64,000 nt of DNA from a bacterium (lineage in GTDB: Bacteria; Actinomycetota; Acidimicrobiia; Spongiisociales; ZC4RG35), in the NCBI GenBank assembly GCA_024638655.1, contig JAHEJW010000005.1, positions 30,155 through 94,154 of the forward strand. Direction: 5' to 3'. The notes beneath the pieces were generated by a model, which was not told where the DNA came from, searched no databases, and saw only the letters and a program-made list of their open reading frames with translations. Position 1 is the first letter of the stretch. The number at the start of each line of letters is the position of its first letter. This document shows positions 52,884 to 63,698 of this stretch, in pieces. Position numbers and translations under genes: made by a program.

Positions 52884-52901
52884 TTGTGAATTCTTTCACA
52901 A
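52884..52901. promoter_or_regulatory. Rex operator upstream of the atp operon
   Basis: TTGTGAA-TTCT-TTCACAA matches the Rex consensus TTGTGAANNNNTTCACAA exactly. Confidence 0.8.
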
Positions 52902-52970
52902 AGTCTAATCGACTAGGAAAACCCTGGGCAAATCGAACCTAGCAACAAAAACAGAAAAGCGCGAAAAGGG

Positions 52971-53333
52971 TCAGATCGACTCGGGCTTGTCGATGACGCA
53001 GAACCGGTTCCCCTCAGGGTCCTCGAGGATGACATAATCGGCGTCTTCCGGCAGCCCGTCCCAATGCACCTCGGTGGCCCCAAGTTCGATCAGGCGAACC
53101 ACTTCCGCCGGTTGATCGTCGGCGTAGAGATCGAGATGGATGCGCGGGGGCAGGTGCACCTCGGAGTAGAGCCGGTCGAGAGAGATGTTCGGCCCGCGAC
53201 CCTCCTTCGGCTCGAGGATCATGAAGTCCTCACTGGACCCTGGCCGGCGCAAATAGTCGAGCGCAGCCTCCCAGAAGCGAGCCTGGCTCTCGAGATCATC
53301 GACGCGCAACACAATCGAGCCGACCCTGATCAT
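52971..53333 (-). CDS. VOC/glyoxalase family protein
   Basis: ARFWEAAL, RIHLDL, RLIELGA, LEDPEGNRFCV; TATCTT 6 nt before ATG53333. Confidence 0.88.
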   Translation of the reverse strand: MIRVGSIVLRVDDLESQARFWEAALDYLRRPGSSEDFMILEPKEGRGPNISLDRLYSEVHLPPRIHLDLYADDQPAEVVRLIELGATEVHWDGLPEDADYVILEDPEGNRFCVIDKPESI

Positions 53334-53581
53334 GAGTTCAAGATACCAATCCGCCCGTACGGCTTCAGCCGGCTTCGACGACAATGGAGACGTGAACACT
53401 CAAGGTATCGAGAAGCCGGAATCGACTACTGAGGTCGCGGCCGGCGTACGACCACACACTGAATAACCACGGTTGGAGACACCGTCGCTCCAAGGAACGT
53501 GACATGTGGAACAGTCCCCTAGGGCATACATATGTGACGGAGAAGCCGCTCTAGAGAGACTCGCGGCCCGCGGAGCTCGTT

Positions 53582-54853
53582 CTAAACGTGACCTGCGAAG
53601 TCGCTGGGATAGGGCGTGTACTTCGACGCCAATTCCGAGACCCGCGCCGAGACCTGCATCAGCGCGGTCTCGTCGTGCCGCTCCTGGAGGGCACGGGCTA
53701 TCAGCGATGCGACCTCGGAAGCCTGCTCTTCCTTCACGCCCTGAGTTGTCATGGCGGGAGTCCCTATGCGAAGACCGGATGCCCGAAACGGTGGGCGCGG
53801 GTCGTTGGGAATCGTGTTGAAGTTGAGCGTTACCCCTAGCCCGTCGAGCATCCCCGCAGCGTCCTTGCCGGTGAGGTCCTCATCGACCGATCTCAGATCT
53901 ATCAGGAAGAGGTGGTTGTCGGTCCCCCCCGACACCACTCGAACGCCTTCGGACTGGATCGTGTCCGCCATGGCCGTGGCGTTTGCCACCACCTGATCGG
54001 TGTACACCGAGAACTCCGGCCGCATCGCCTCGAAGAAACACACCGCCTTGGCCGCGATCTGAGACTCTATGGGCCCACCCTGTGCCGCGGGGAAGATTGC
54101 CTTGTTGATCGCCTGGCCAAAGCCCTCCTTGGCAAGGATGAGCCCGCCCCGTGGCCCACGCAGAGCCTTGTGAGTCGTCGCCGTGACGACGTCGGCGTGT
54201 GGGATCGGTGACGGGTGCGACTTGCCTGCCACCAGTCCGATGAAATGGGCGGCGTCGACCATAAAGACCGCGCCTATCTCATCCGCTATCGATCGAAAAG
54301 CCTCGTAGTCGAGCGTTCTCGAATAGGCCGAGTACCCGGCGAGAACGATCTTGGGCTGGTGCTCGATGGCGAGGCGTCTCACCTCGTCCATGTCGATCAT
54401 CTCGGTCTCCGGATCCACCCCGTATGCGACGAAGTCGTAATAGGCACCCGAGAAATTGACCGGCGATCCGTGTGTCAGGTGCCCACCCTGATCCAGACGC
54501 ATGCCGAGCACCGTGTCGCCCGGCTCCAATAGGGCGAAATAGACACCCATGTTCGCTTGAGCTCCGGAATGGGGCTGAACATTCGCCGACTCGGCCCCGA
54601 ACAGCTCTTTGGCCCGATCGATGGCCAGTTGCTCCATCTCGTCGACCACCTGACAGCCCTCGTAATAGCGGCGTCCCGGATAGCCCTCGGCGTACTTGTT
54701 GGTGAACACGGACCCGGAGGCCGCCATCACCGCAGGGGAGGCGAAGTTCTCACTGGCGATCAGGTGGATGTGGGTGTTTTGACGCTCGAGGTCCTTGCGG
54801 ATCAGCCCGGCAATCGTCGGGTCGACCTGTCCTATCGGGTCCATGGAGATCAT
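53582..54853 (-). CDS. glyA: Serine hydroxymethyltransferase
   Basis: [37 protein letters not shown] 7 nt before ATG54853. Confidence 0.97.
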   Translation of the reverse strand: MISMDPIGQVDPTIAGLIRKDLERQNTHIHLIASENFASPAVMAASGSVFTNKYAEGYPGRRYYEGCQVVDEMEQLAIDRAKELFGAESANVQPHSGAQANMGVYFALLEPGDTVLGMRLDQGGHLTHGSPVNFSGAYYDFVAYGVDPETEMIDMDEVRRLAIEHQPKIVLAGYSAYSRTLDYEAFRSIADEIGAVFMVDAAHFIGLVAGKSHPSPIPHADVVTATTHKALRGPRGGLILAKEGFGQAINKAIFPAAQGGPIESQIAAKAVCFFEAMRPEFSVYTDQVVANATAMADTIQSEGVRVVSGGTDNHLFLIDLRSVDEDLTGKDAAGMLDGLGVTLNFNTIPNDPRPPFRASGLRIGTPAMTTQGVKEEQASEVASLIARALQERHDETALMQVSARVSELASKYTPYPSDFAGHV

Positions 54854-54888
54854 GAGTCGCAGGGTAACCGCTGACCCCTTTGCCGTTG

Positions 54889-55461
54889 CTAGCCGATCGG
54901 TACCGGCCCCTCCCTCAGGACAACGGATCTGCCATCGCTCACATCCACCACCGTCGACGCCTCCCCACCTGGACACGCGCCGGGGAGGTACACGGCAACG
55001 CGATCTCCGAACAGCGCCCGAGCCTCAACATCACTCATCACCTCCGGAGCGCCGGACAGGTTGGCTGACGTGACCGATAGCGGGCCGGTCTGTTCGAGCA
55101 GGGATCTTGTTATGGGATGGTCCGGGACTCTGATGCCCACCGTTCGGCGCTGCTCGTCCCCCACCCAGTCGGATAGGACGACCTTCGGCCGCACAATGAG
55201 GGTCAAGGCTCCCGGCCAATGCCGTTGGGCGAGATCCGCGGCCACTCCCGTGATCTCAGACACACCAGCGGCCTGCTCGAAGCTGGCAGCCAGGAGGCCA
55301 ACGGGTTTGTGCGATGGGCGGCCCTTCAACTCGAACAGTGCCAGGACCGCATCGATATTCGTCGGGTCCACACCGACGCCATACACGGTGTCGGTCGGGA
55401 CCCCAACGATGAGCCCATTGCCGACCGCCTCGACGGCCCGGGCCAAATCGTCCTGGGTCAC
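54889..55461 (-). CDS. tsaC: Threonylcarbamoyl-AMP synthase (TsaC/Sua5, short form)
   Basis: PTDTVYG, KGRP, WPGALT, GIRVP, TSANLSG. Confidence 0.92.
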   Translation of the reverse strand: MTQDDLARAVEAVGNGLIVGVPTDTVYGVGVDPTNIDAVLALFELKGRPSHKPVGLLAASFEQAAGVSEITGVAADLAQRHWPGALTLIVRPKVVLSDWVGDEQRRTVGIRVPDHPITRSLLEQTGPLSVTSANLSGAPEVMSDVEARALFGDRVAVYLPGACPGGEASTVVDVSDGRSVVLREGPVPIG

Positions 55462-56186
55462 GGCTTCACGGCGACCACGTATCGGTCACGCCCGGACAGG
55501 TCCTGGCGTACCACGGCCGGGAGATCGACGAAGCTGGTCGTTGCCGACACTCCTTGGGTCTCACCGATCTCGCAGATGACCACTCCCCCTGGTCGCAACC
55601 AGCGTGTTGCCGACGCCCCGATTCGCTGGATGTGCTCCAGCCCGGTTGGGCCAGCCAGCAGTGCGACCTCCGGCTCCCTCCTGACATCTTCGGGAAGGTC
55701 AGCGAAATCGCCCTTGGGCACATATGGCGGATTGGCCACGAGCAGATCGACCTGACCGAGGATCGACGCAGGGAGAGGGTCGAAGAGATCGCCCAAAGCG
55801 AAGTAGACATCGAGACCTGTGCTCAGTCGGTTCTCCAAGGCGACCTCGATGGCTTCCTCCGAGATGTCGGTGGCGAAGACGGTTGCTCCAGGAAAGGCAT
55901 GCTTCAAAGCGAGAGCGAGCGCCCCGGAACCGGTACATAGATCCACCACGATCTCGGGGTTTCGGACCATCTTCACCGCCATCTCATACAGGCCCTCGGT
56001 TTCAGGGCGTGGAACGAGAACCCTCTGGTCGACGCGGACTTCGATGGGGCCGAACGGCGCGGAACCCTCGATGTACTGCAGCGGCTCGCCGGCGAGACGA
56101 CGCGAGACGAGATCATCGAGCGAGACGCCATCGGAGGCGGCAGCCGCCTCGAGGCGCCTCATCTCATGGGCGGGCAGTTCCTCCAT
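55458..56186 (-). CDS. prmC: Release factor glutamine methyltransferase
   Basis: GEPLQYI, LVPRPETE, DLCTGSG, ANPPY. Confidence 0.93.
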   Translation of the reverse strand: MEELPAHEMRRLEAAAASDGVSLDDLVSRRLAGEPLQYIEGSAPFGPIEVRVDQRVLVPRPETEGLYEMAVKMVRNPEIVVDLCTGSGALALALKHAFPGATVFATDISEEAIEVALENRLSTGLDVYFALGDLFDPLPASILGQVDLLVANPPYVPKGDFADLPEDVRREPEVALLAGPTGLEHIQRIGASATRWLRPGGVVICEIGETQGVSATTSFVDLPAVVRQDLSGRDRYVVAVKP

Positions 56187-56254
56187 CGGTCATTGGAGTC
56201 TGCCAGGATCTGTCGGCTGTGGTGGCGATCAGACGCCGCACACCCTGCACTCAG

Positions 56255-57313
56255 TCAGGCGCCTTCGGCCAGCATGCGGGCGCGCTCCTCGGCGTACAGG
56301 GCCCCGATCAGCTCATCGAGGTCGCCTTCCAAGACATGTTCGAGCCTTTTGATCGTCATGCCGATGCGGTGATCGGTCACCCTGTTGTCCTTGTAGTTGT
56401 AGGTCCTGATCTTCTCGGATCGACCACCGGTGCCCACCTGGGCCAGCCGCTCCCCGGCCAGTTCGGCGGCCTGACGTTCCTGCTCGGCCTGGAGGAGGCG
56501 GGATCGCAGGATTCGAAACGCCTTCTCCTTGTTCTGCAGCTGGCTCTTCTCGTCCTGAACCGACACCACCAGGCCGGTCGGCTCATGGGTGAGACGAACC
56601 GCCGAGTCGGTCGTATTCACCGACTGCCCACCGGGCCCGGTAGATCGGTAGACGTCGATCCGCACATCGTTGGGATCGATCTCGAGGTCCACTTCCTCGG
56701 CCTCGGGGAGCACGGCGACAGTCGCAGTCGAGGTGTGGACACGCCCTTGTGACTCCGTCTTCGGCACTCTCTGGACTCGATGGACTCCGCCTTCATACTT
56801 GAGGTGGGAGTAGGCGCCCTTCCCCTTGACCGCCACCGTCACCTTGTCATAACCCCCTGCCTCCGACGGCGACGTGTCCATGGGCTCGATCTTGAAGCCG
56901 TGGCGGTCCGCGTACTTCTCGTACATCCGGAGGAGGTCTCCCGCCCAGATCGAGGCTTCGTCGCCGCCGGCCGCCGAACGAATCTCGAGGATCACGTCCT
57001 TCTCGTCGTTGGGATCCGTCGGAACCAGAGCGAGCTTGATGTGCTCTTCGAGCTCGGCGATCTCCGCCTCCAGCTCTCCCGCCATCGTCGCCATGTCGGG
57101 ATCGTCTGACATCTCTCTCGCCTCTCCCAGGTCGATCGACGCCTGCCGCAGCCTCCGGATGTCGGCAACGACGTCCTTCCAATCGGAGTGCTTCTTGCCG
57201 AGCTCGGCCAATCGGGCCGGATCAGAGATCACTTCCGGGTCGCCGAGCTGAGCCTCCGTTTCGACGAAGGCAGCCTCTATCTCGGCCAGACGATCGCTGA
57301 AAGCGGGATCCAT
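56255..57313 (-). CDS. prfA: Peptide chain release factor 1
   Basis: RVPKTE (PxT), GPGGQSVN, IRTYNY. Confidence 0.97.
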   Translation of the reverse strand: MDPAFSDRLAEIEAAFVETEAQLGDPEVISDPARLAELGKKHSDWKDVVADIRRLRQASIDLGEAREMSDDPDMATMAGELEAEIAELEEHIKLALVPTDPNDEKDVILEIRSAAGGDEASIWAGDLLRMYEKYADRHGFKIEPMDTSPSEAGGYDKVTVAVKGKGAYSHLKYEGGVHRVQRVPKTESQGRVHTSTATVAVLPEAEEVDLEIDPNDVRIDVYRSTGPGGQSVNTTDSAVRLTHEPTGLVVSVQDEKSQLQNKEKAFRILRSRLLQAEQERQAAELAGERLAQVGTGGRSEKIRTYNYKDNRVTDHRIGMTIKRLEHVLEGDLDELIGALYAEERARMLAEGA

Positions 57314-58314
57314 CAGGCCTCCTGTCCGAGAACGGCCCTTCTGGCCTGGATGGCCGTGTCCGGCACCCCACCTCGGTGGAGGACTTCTTCGACTCTCTCC
57401 TCGTCCAAAGCGACCACGAGGCTCGATATTGCCACTTCGATCTGGCTTTGATCAGGAACCGCCGTGGTCAGCTTCTGCAGCCAGATCCCCGGAGCGGCGA
57501 GGATCCGGGCGAAACGACCTCCCGGACGGGTGCCCGACCACCGGAGCAGCTCGTAGGCAAGACCGGCGATGAGTGGGATACCGAGCAGGCGGGATACAAC
57601 CAGAAAGACGATTCCCGGCACACCAAAGAAGGTGAATACGACGATCGATCCGAGGACAACGATGAGCAGGAAGCTGGTCCCACAGCGTGGATGCTCGGGT
57701 CGATATCTGGCCACGGACTCGACGCTGAGGGGCTCGCCGGCCTCATAGGCGTGGATCGACATGTGCTCCGCACCGTGGTATTCGAAGACACGGGCGATTT
57801 CTTTAGACCTTCCAATTGCCCATACGTACCCGACGAACAGCACCAACCGGATCAAACCCTCGGTGACATTGAAGATGATGCCCGACTCCGAGGACACCGC
57901 CCCCGCAGCGAGTGCCGGCAGGATGATGAAGATCCCCGCGAAGAAGACGAACGCAAGGGTCATCGTCCAACCGATCTGTGCACCGGTGAGCGGCTCTTCC
58001 TCCTCGTCGGTTGCCTTCTGAGCGGACCAAGACAATGCCCTGAAGCCGAGACTGAGCGATTCGACGAGAACGAATATGCCTCTTATGAAAGGGACCTTCG
58101 CCCATCGGTTTCTCTCGGACAGTCGGGTCAGTTCGTCACGTCGGGCGATGATCTCGCCATCGGGCTTTCTGACCGCAACCGACCAGGCCGTCGGGGCGCG
58201 CATCATGACGCCCTCTAGAACTGCTTGACCCCCAACGGTGTTAGCCGGATCGACACGTCCCTCCCTTTCGGGAAGGGCTCTCTCACTCTGAGTCAGCGGC
58301 CTCTGCCTCTGCAT
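57313..58314 (-). CDS. DUF1385 family membrane protein (start uncertain)
   Basis: [26 protein letters not shown]; between rpmE and prfA. Confidence 0.85.
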   Translation of the reverse strand: MQRQRPLTQSERALPEREGRVDPANTVGGQAVLEGVMMRAPTAWSVAVRKPDGEIIARRDELTRLSERNRWAKVPFIRGIFVLVESLSLGFRALSWSAQKATDEEEEPLTGAQIGWTMTLAFVFFAGIFIILPALAAGAVSSESGIIFNVTEGLIRLVLFVGYVWAIGRSKEIARVFEYHGAEHMSIHAYEAGEPLSVESVARYRPEHPRCGTSFLLIVVLGSIVVFTFFGVPGIVFLVVSRLLGIPLIAGLAYELLRWSGTRPGGRFARILAAPGIWLQKLTTAVPDQSQIEVAISSLVVALDEERVEEVLHRGGVPDTAIQARRAVLGQEA

Positions 58315-58549
58315 CCTCGGGGGCAGTGTCACCGGCCTTGGTGAAGGTGCTCTTGCCATAGCGCTTCTGGAATCGCTCGACCCGGCCGCCGCTGTCGACC
58401 AGCTTCTGCTTTCCGGTGAAGAAGGGATGACATTCGTTGCACAGCTCGATGCTCATGTCACCCGGCTTGGTGCTGCGGGTCACGAAGGTGTTGCCACACG
58501 AGCAGGTGACCGTCGTGCCGTCGTAGGTGGGATGTATGTCCGACTTCAC
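58283..58549 (-). CDS. rpmE: 50S ribosomal protein L31, zinc-binding form
   Basis: [22 protein letters not shown]. Confidence 0.96.
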   Translation of the reverse strand: MKSDIHPTYDGTTVTCSCGNTFVTRSTKPGDMSIELCNECHPFFTGKQKLVDSGGRVERFQKRYGKSTFTKAGDTAPEDAEAEAADSE

Positions 58550-58565
58550 ATTCTCTCCTGGTGTC

Positions 58566-60023
58566 TCAGCCGCTGGACTTCGCCACTTCGGCGAGGAACT
58601 CGGCGTTCGATTTGGTGGTCTTCAGCCGATCGATGAGCAATTCGATGGCGGCTCCCGGCTCGAGCGCCAACAGCACCCGACGGAGCTTCCAGACCTGAGT
58701 GAGCTCGGTCTTGTCAAACAGGAGCTCCTCTTTTCTTGTTCCCGACATCTCGATGTTGACCGCCGGATAGATGCGTTTGTCGGCCAGCTTGCGATCGAGG
58801 TGCAACTCCATGTTGCCGGTGCCTTTGAACTCTTCGTAAATGACTTCGTCCATCTTCGAGCCGGTCTCGACGAGGGCGGTGCCGAGGATCGTCAGCGATC
58901 CGCCTTCTTCGATGTTCCTCGCCGCACCGTAGAAACGCTTGGGCGGGTACAGGGCCTGCGAGTCGACACCACCGGAGAGGATCCGGCCCGATGCCGGGGT
59001 GGCCAGGTTGTGGGCACGCGCCAGCCTGGTGATCGAGTCGAGGACGATGACAACATCGGTTCCCATCTCTACGAGGCGCTTGGCCCGCTCGATGGCCAAC
59101 TCGGAGACCTGGGTGTGCTCTTCGGCAGGACGATCGAAGGTCGAATAGATCACCTCGCCCTTGACGGTCCGCTGCATGTCGGTCACCTCTTCGGGCCGCT
59201 CATCCACGAGCACCACCATCAGATAGCACTCGGGGTTGTTGGCCGTGATCGACTGGGCGATCTCCTGAAGCACGGTGGTCTTGCCGGCTTTTGGCGGCGA
59301 AACGATCAGACCTCGCTGACCCTTCCCAATCGGGGCGATCAGATCGACGATCCGGGTCAGGATGTTGTTCGACTTGCCTTCGACCTCGAGCCTGAGCCGC
59401 TGGTCCGGGAATAGAGGCGTCAGTTTCTCGAACTTGGGACGGTCCATCGCCTCGTCGGGCTCGAGACCGTTGACCTTCTCGATCCTGACCGCTGCGGGAA
59501 ACTTCTCTTTTGAGCGGGGTGGTCGGATGGGACCGGAGACGATGTCGCCTTTGCGAAGGCGGAACTTGCGGATCTGGTTCGCCGAGACGTAGACGTCCTT
59601 CTCACCGGAGGTGTAGCCGGTGACCCTCAGGAACCCGTAGCCCTCGGGGAGTATGTCGAGGAGGCCCTCGCGAACCTCGAGGTCCCCATCTTGGACATCG
59701 TCGTCGTCGCGGCGCCGGCTCCTCTTCCGATTCCGTTGGCCACCACCCTGGTTGCCGTCACCATCATCTTCGGAGCTCTTTTGCCCTGATTCCGATTTGG
59801 GTTGGCTTTCGCCACTGCGGTCGGATTTGTCCTGACGCGGGGTTGCCTTGGGCAAGTCGACCGTCTCGGTGGGCTTGGCCTCGGTGATCTCCACCTCGTC
59901 GGCGTTCATCAGAGCGGAGATCAGCTTGGACTTCTGCAGCCCGTCGGCCTCGACGCCCGCTGCCTCGGCGATCTCTCTGAGTTCATCTATGGACTTGCTC
60001 TGGAGTTGAGCTCGTGTGGTCAT
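58566..60023 (-). CDS. rho: Transcription termination factor Rho
   Basis: [30 protein letters not shown]; short charged N-terminal insertion; AAGGA site. Confidence 0.97.
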   Translation of the reverse strand: MTTRAQLQSKSIDELREIAEAAGVEADGLQKSKLISALMNADEVEITEAKPTETVDLPKATPRQDKSDRSGESQPKSESGQKSSEDDGDGNQGGGQRNRKRSRRRDDDDVQDGDLEVREGLLDILPEGYGFLRVTGYTSGEKDVYVSANQIRKFRLRKGDIVSGPIRPPRSKEKFPAAVRIEKVNGLEPDEAMDRPKFEKLTPLFPDQRLRLEVEGKSNNILTRIVDLIAPIGKGQRGLIVSPPKAGKTTVLQEIAQSITANNPECYLMVVLVDERPEEVTDMQRTVKGEVIYSTFDRPAEEHTQVSELAIERAKRLVEMGTDVVIVLDSITRLARAHNLATPASGRILSGGVDSQALYPPKRFYGAARNIEEGGSLTILGTALVETGSKMDEVIYEEFKGTGNMELHLDRKLADKRIYPAVNIEMSGTRKEELLFDKTELTQVWKLRRVLLALEPGAAIELLIDRLKTTKSNAEFLAEVAKSSG

Positions 60024-60204
60024 TGGATCCTTCTGAGTCGTCCCTCGATGGGGTTCCAATCGGATCGGGATAGCCGCAAAGCACGCAGATAAGGGATGGC
60101 CTTAATGGGCTCTGCGAGTGGAACTGCTGCCTGTCCCGTGGCTGGCAGCTTCCGACATGGTAGCCGGTCCCACAACCTGCGCAAAGCACGGGCTCCGAAC
60201 TTGT

Positions 60205-61419
60205 CTATCGGATCAACTCTTCGAGTGCTGAAGCATCGTTGTCGATCGTCACCATCCGCTCCTCGAGCTCGTCGATGTGGGCCAGTCGCTCGGGCGGCGT
60301 GGGTCGCCTGCCCACGGCCTCGGCGACCGCCTCGGCGAACTTGGCTGGGTGGGCCGTAGCCACGACCAGCAAGGGGACGTCCCCTGCGGGAGATCCGGCC
60401 GCTTTCCACGCAGTCGCCGTGTGCGGGTCGAGGACATACTCGTGATCGGCATGAACGGAGGTAATCGTCTCGACGATCTCCTCGTCGCTGGACCATCCCG
60501 CGTGAAACTCGGCGCTGGGGTCGGCGGTGAACCTCTCGAGATTCGATGGCACCTGTATATCCATCGCCGGCGCGATTGTGGCCACCACCTCGGAAGGCCG
60601 CATGACTCCTTCGCCAACGAGATCGGCGAGGGCATGGTTCGCGTTGTTGGCGATGGTGATGCGTCTGATCGGAACACCCATCTTCTTTGCCGTCCAGCAC
60701 GAGTAGACGTTGCCGAAGTTCCCCGTAGGAACGGCCACATCGAACTCGCCGCCGACCTTGGCGCCGGCGTATATGTAGTAGCCCACCTGGGCGGCGATCC
60801 TCGCCCAGTTGATCGAATTGATCGCGAGCAGGCCGGGGTGGTTCGCCAACGCTTCTTTCACGAGAGCTTGACAGTCGTCGAATGTCCCACGCACGGCAAC
60901 CGCCTGGACATTCGGATCGGGGACGGTCGTCATCTGTCTACGTTGAAACTCGGACACCTTCCCCTCGGGAAACAGGATGACGATGCGTAGATTCGACGAA
61001 CCCCGGCAGGCCTCGATGGCGGCCGATCCGGTGTCCCCGCTGGTGGCACCGAGAACCGTGCCCTCGTCGACCTCCCGGGCCAGCAGCCTTCCGAGCACCT
61101 GGAGAGCGTGGTCCTTGAAGGACAGGGTCGGGCCCCAGAACAGCTCCATCACCAGCCGGCCTCCCACCTCGACGATGGGAGCGACGTCGGACTTGTCGAA
61201 ACGTGAAGCTGCCCCGTCGACAACATCCCGTGCGTCTTCGGCGCCGAACATGTCGAGCGACGCTGCGACCGCCGCTGGGTAATCCCACTCCTCCCAACCT
61301 GCGGGAAGGACGGGGGTTGTCTCCGGGACGAATAGCCCACCGTCTGGCGCAAGACCGATCAACATCGCCTCTCTGAAGCTCGATACCTGCGACTCGCCAC
61401 GCGTGGAGAAGTAGCGCAT
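60205..61419 (-). CDS. thrC: Threonine synthase
   Basis: MRYFSTRG, GLAPDGGLFVP, GPTLSFKD, ATSGDTG, VPTGNFG, ATAHPAKF. Confidence 0.95.
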   Translation of the reverse strand: MRYFSTRGESQVSSFREAMLIGLAPDGGLFVPETTPVLPAGWEEWDYPAAVAASLDMFGAEDARDVVDGAASRFDKSDVAPIVEVGGRLVMELFWGPTLSFKDHALQVLGRLLAREVDEGTVLGATSGDTGSAAIEACRGSSNLRIVILFPEGKVSEFQRRQMTTVPDPNVQAVAVRGTFDDCQALVKEALANHPGLLAINSINWARIAAQVGYYIYAGAKVGGEFDVAVPTGNFGNVYSCWTAKKMGVPIRRITIANNANHALADLVGEGVMRPSEVVATIAPAMDIQVPSNLERFTADPSAEFHAGWSSDEEIVETITSVHADHEYVLDPHTATAWKAAGSPAGDVPLLVVATAHPAKFAEAVAEAVGRRPTPPERLAHIDELEERMVTIDNDASALEELIR

Positions 61420-61495
61420 GCCTACGACGCTAATTTCGGTCGCACTCGCGACCTAACCGGGCGCTTTGTCGGCAAGCTCGGTTACCTTCAAACTC

Positions 61496-62248
61496 GTGGC
61501 CGAAGACCCTTCTCCGGAAACGTCGCAACGTCCCGTTTGGGCCCGCGGTTGGGTGGTGGCTGTCAGTCTGCTCGCCGGCCTCGTAGCGATCGGGCTCCTG
61601 TTGCCCGGGGATACGGCCGACGACGACCCCCTTGCCACGCCCACCACCGACTCGGCGGCCTCAACTACCGATGGAGACACGAGTCCCGCCGACCCGGGCA
61701 CCACCACCACGACCACCCTGGGCTATGAGGAGTTCACCCTCAGTGGAAGCGGGAGCGAGATGATCCCCTTCGCAGCGCCGGACGACCTCGCAACGGTCCT
61801 TCACATAACCCACGAGGGCCAATCGACCTTCATGGTCCAGACGCTCGATGCTGAGTCTGAGCCCATCGAGATGCTGGTCGACACCGAAGGCACATACGAG
61901 GGGTCTCGGGCCATCAATCTGATCGTGGGTGATGTGATATCCGGGATCGAGATAATCGCGGACGGGGACTGGGCGATCACCGCCACTTACCTGGGCAGCT
62001 TGGACCGGAACCTCGACGAGGCGTCAGGGAAGGGCGACGACGTCGTTCTCATGGACATATCCAGCCCGGCGATGAGCATCAGCCACAACGGAGAATCGGA
62101 CTTCTCGGTGTTCATGTGGAGCTTCGAGAGTCAGGGGTTCTTGATCCAAGCTTCCGGATCGGTCGACAGAACCGTGCCGGTGGCGATGGGTGGAGCCGTT
62201 ATCGAGATACGTGCCGACGGCAGCTGGCGGCTCTCGACACGGGGCTGA
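61496..62248 (+). CDS. Membrane-anchored protein with Thr-rich linker and two repeated beta domains
   Basis: One TM; repeats ITHEG...IEIIADGDW and ISHNG...IEIRADGSW; TACCTT 7 nt before GTG. Confidence 0.7.
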   Translation: MAEDPSPETSQRPVWARGWVVAVSLLAGLVAIGLLLPGDTADDDPLATPTTDSAASTTDGDTSPADPGTTTTTTLGYEEFTLSGSGSEMIPFAAPDDLATVLHITHEGQSTFMVQTLDAESEPIEMLVDTEGTYEGSRAINLIVGDVISGIEIIADGDWAITATYLGSLDRNLDEASGKGDDVVLMDISSPAMSISHNGESDFSVFMWSFESQGFLIQASGSVDRTVPVAMGGAVIEIRADGSWRLSTRG

Positions 62249-62282
62249 GACAGCTCCGCATCCTCCTACAATCCAGATCGCC

Positions 62283-62354
62283 GCCCCCGTAGCTCAGGGG
62301 ATAGAGCACCGGCCTCCGGAGCCGGGTGCGCAGGTTCGAATCCTGCCGGGGGCG
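62283..62354 (+). tRNA. tRNA-Arg(CCG)
   Basis: Acceptor GCCCCCG/CGGGGGC, anticodon arm CCGGC-CTCCGGA-GCCGG, T-arm GCAGG-TTCGAAT-CCTGC; CCA not encoded; TACAAT upstream. Confidence 0.96.
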
Positions 62355-62411
62355 CGAGTGCCGATGGGCGGCACATTGGTTTCGGGCCTCCCCGTCAAGG
62401 AAGGAACAGCC

Positions 62412-62864
62412 ATGTCGGTTTGGTTCGAAGGTTCCATCGGAATCGAAAGCGACATCGAACAGGTCAGGCTGGCGCTCGACGATCACGGCAAGCTCTATGC
62501 CGGGATCGTCAGCCTGATGCCGGGCCTGACCGACGTCGAACTGGTGGGCCAGGGGGATAACACCGCGACCATCAGAACAAACGAAGGCTTGATGAAACGG
62601 ACGAACATCTCGAAACAATCTGACGCTGGTCGAGTTGTCGCGGTGTTCGACGAGACATACGAAGCCGGATCGAAAGTCACCACGAACTCGCACTTCTCCG
62701 AAGAATTCACCGCAGGTGACACCGGAGTGACGTACCGCCTCACCATCAGCGACGTCGAGTCTCCGGGAGTCTTGGGCTTCTTCTACAAGACGTTCGGCAA
62801 CTCCAAGACCGGGACTGCTTTCTTGACCGCCTACAAGACCTACTTCGAGAAGAGCCAAGGCTGA
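62412..62864 (+). CDS. SRPBCC-like hypothetical protein
   Basis: AAGGA site before ATG62412; beta-rich body with C-terminal helix. Confidence 0.6.
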   Translation: MSVWFEGSIGIESDIEQVRLALDDHGKLYAGIVSLMPGLTDVELVGQGDNTATIRTNEGLMKRTNISKQSDAGRVVAVFDETYEAGSKVTTNSHFSEEFTAGDTGVTYRLTISDVESPGVLGFFYKTFGNSKTGTAFLTAYKTYFEKSQG

Positions 62865-62962
62865 ACCAGACGCCCGGGATCTCGACCCCTCATTCGAGAA
62901 ATCCCGAGCTGGGCCTTTGACCAACGACCCGGGTCAAGATTCGAGGGCCTTCTGGCCGATAC

Positions 62963-63118
62963 ATGTTCATGACGCGGTCACTAGCAGCCATCCGAGCCTC
63001 CACCTGGGGCTCGATGACCAACGAACAACGCCGGACGGCGCTCTGGGGCATTGGCCTGACCCTCCTCAACCTCGCGGTCGTCGTCTTCATCATGATGGTG
63101 GCTGCCAGCCAGGGCTGA
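62963..63118 (+). CDS. Small single-TM protein (below ORF-track size cutoff)
   Basis: MFMTRSLAAIRASTWGSMTNEQRRTALWGIGLTLLNLAVVVFIMMVAASQG*. Confidence 0.5.
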   Translation: MFMTRSLAAIRASTWGSMTNEQRRTALWGIGLTLLNLAVVVFIMMVAASQG

Positions 63119-63196
63119 CGGTCGCTCGCAACTGGAGCTCGGGACTGGCGATCCAGCCGACCGAAGCCCCACTCCTCCGATACGATCTGCGAGCTG

Positions 63197-63694
63197 ATGG
63201 GTAGCTCTGCATCCGCACATCCATTTCGCCTGGCGGTGGCGTGGCTCTCGACCTTCGTCCTCGCACTGGGCGCCGCCCTGTTCCTCTTCTCCCTGGGACT
63301 GATCGTTCTCGAAGCAGTCATCTGGCCAACGGCCACCCTGGCCACCTCGGTTATTGCAGCCCTGGCGGCTTCGTCTCTGTCCGACTGGGCCATGGGCGAC
63401 GGGACCCGGGCATGGATGTCGGAGGTGGCTCGACGAAATCTGGCGTGGGCGCTCATTCCCGCCTTGCTGATCCTCCTATTCCCACTCCTCATCGGGCAGC
63501 TGCGGCTGATCTGGTGGATTGGCCTCGTTGCGATCTACACCACTGCCGCGGGCACCTACTTCGCTTCGCGTTTGCGCGGCCCGGCTCAGGAGAGCAAGCG
63601 TCTCAGAACTGCTGTTGCCTGGCTCGGTGGCACGATCGCAGGCGTCATCGCAATCATCTTCGTGGCCTCCCTCTTCGGGCTCACTGGCGCCTGA
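63197..63694 (+). CDS. Hypothetical membrane protein
   Basis: About five hydrophobic segments. Confidence 0.65.
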   Translation: MGSSASAHPFRLAVAWLSTFVLALGAALFLFSLGLIVLEAVIWPTATLATSVIAALAASSLSDWAMGDGTRAWMSEVARRNLAWALIPALLILLFPLLIGQLRLIWWIGLVAIYTTAAGTYFASRLRGPAQESKRLRTAVAWLGGTIAGVIAIIFVASLFGLTGA

Positions 63695-63698
63695 GAGA

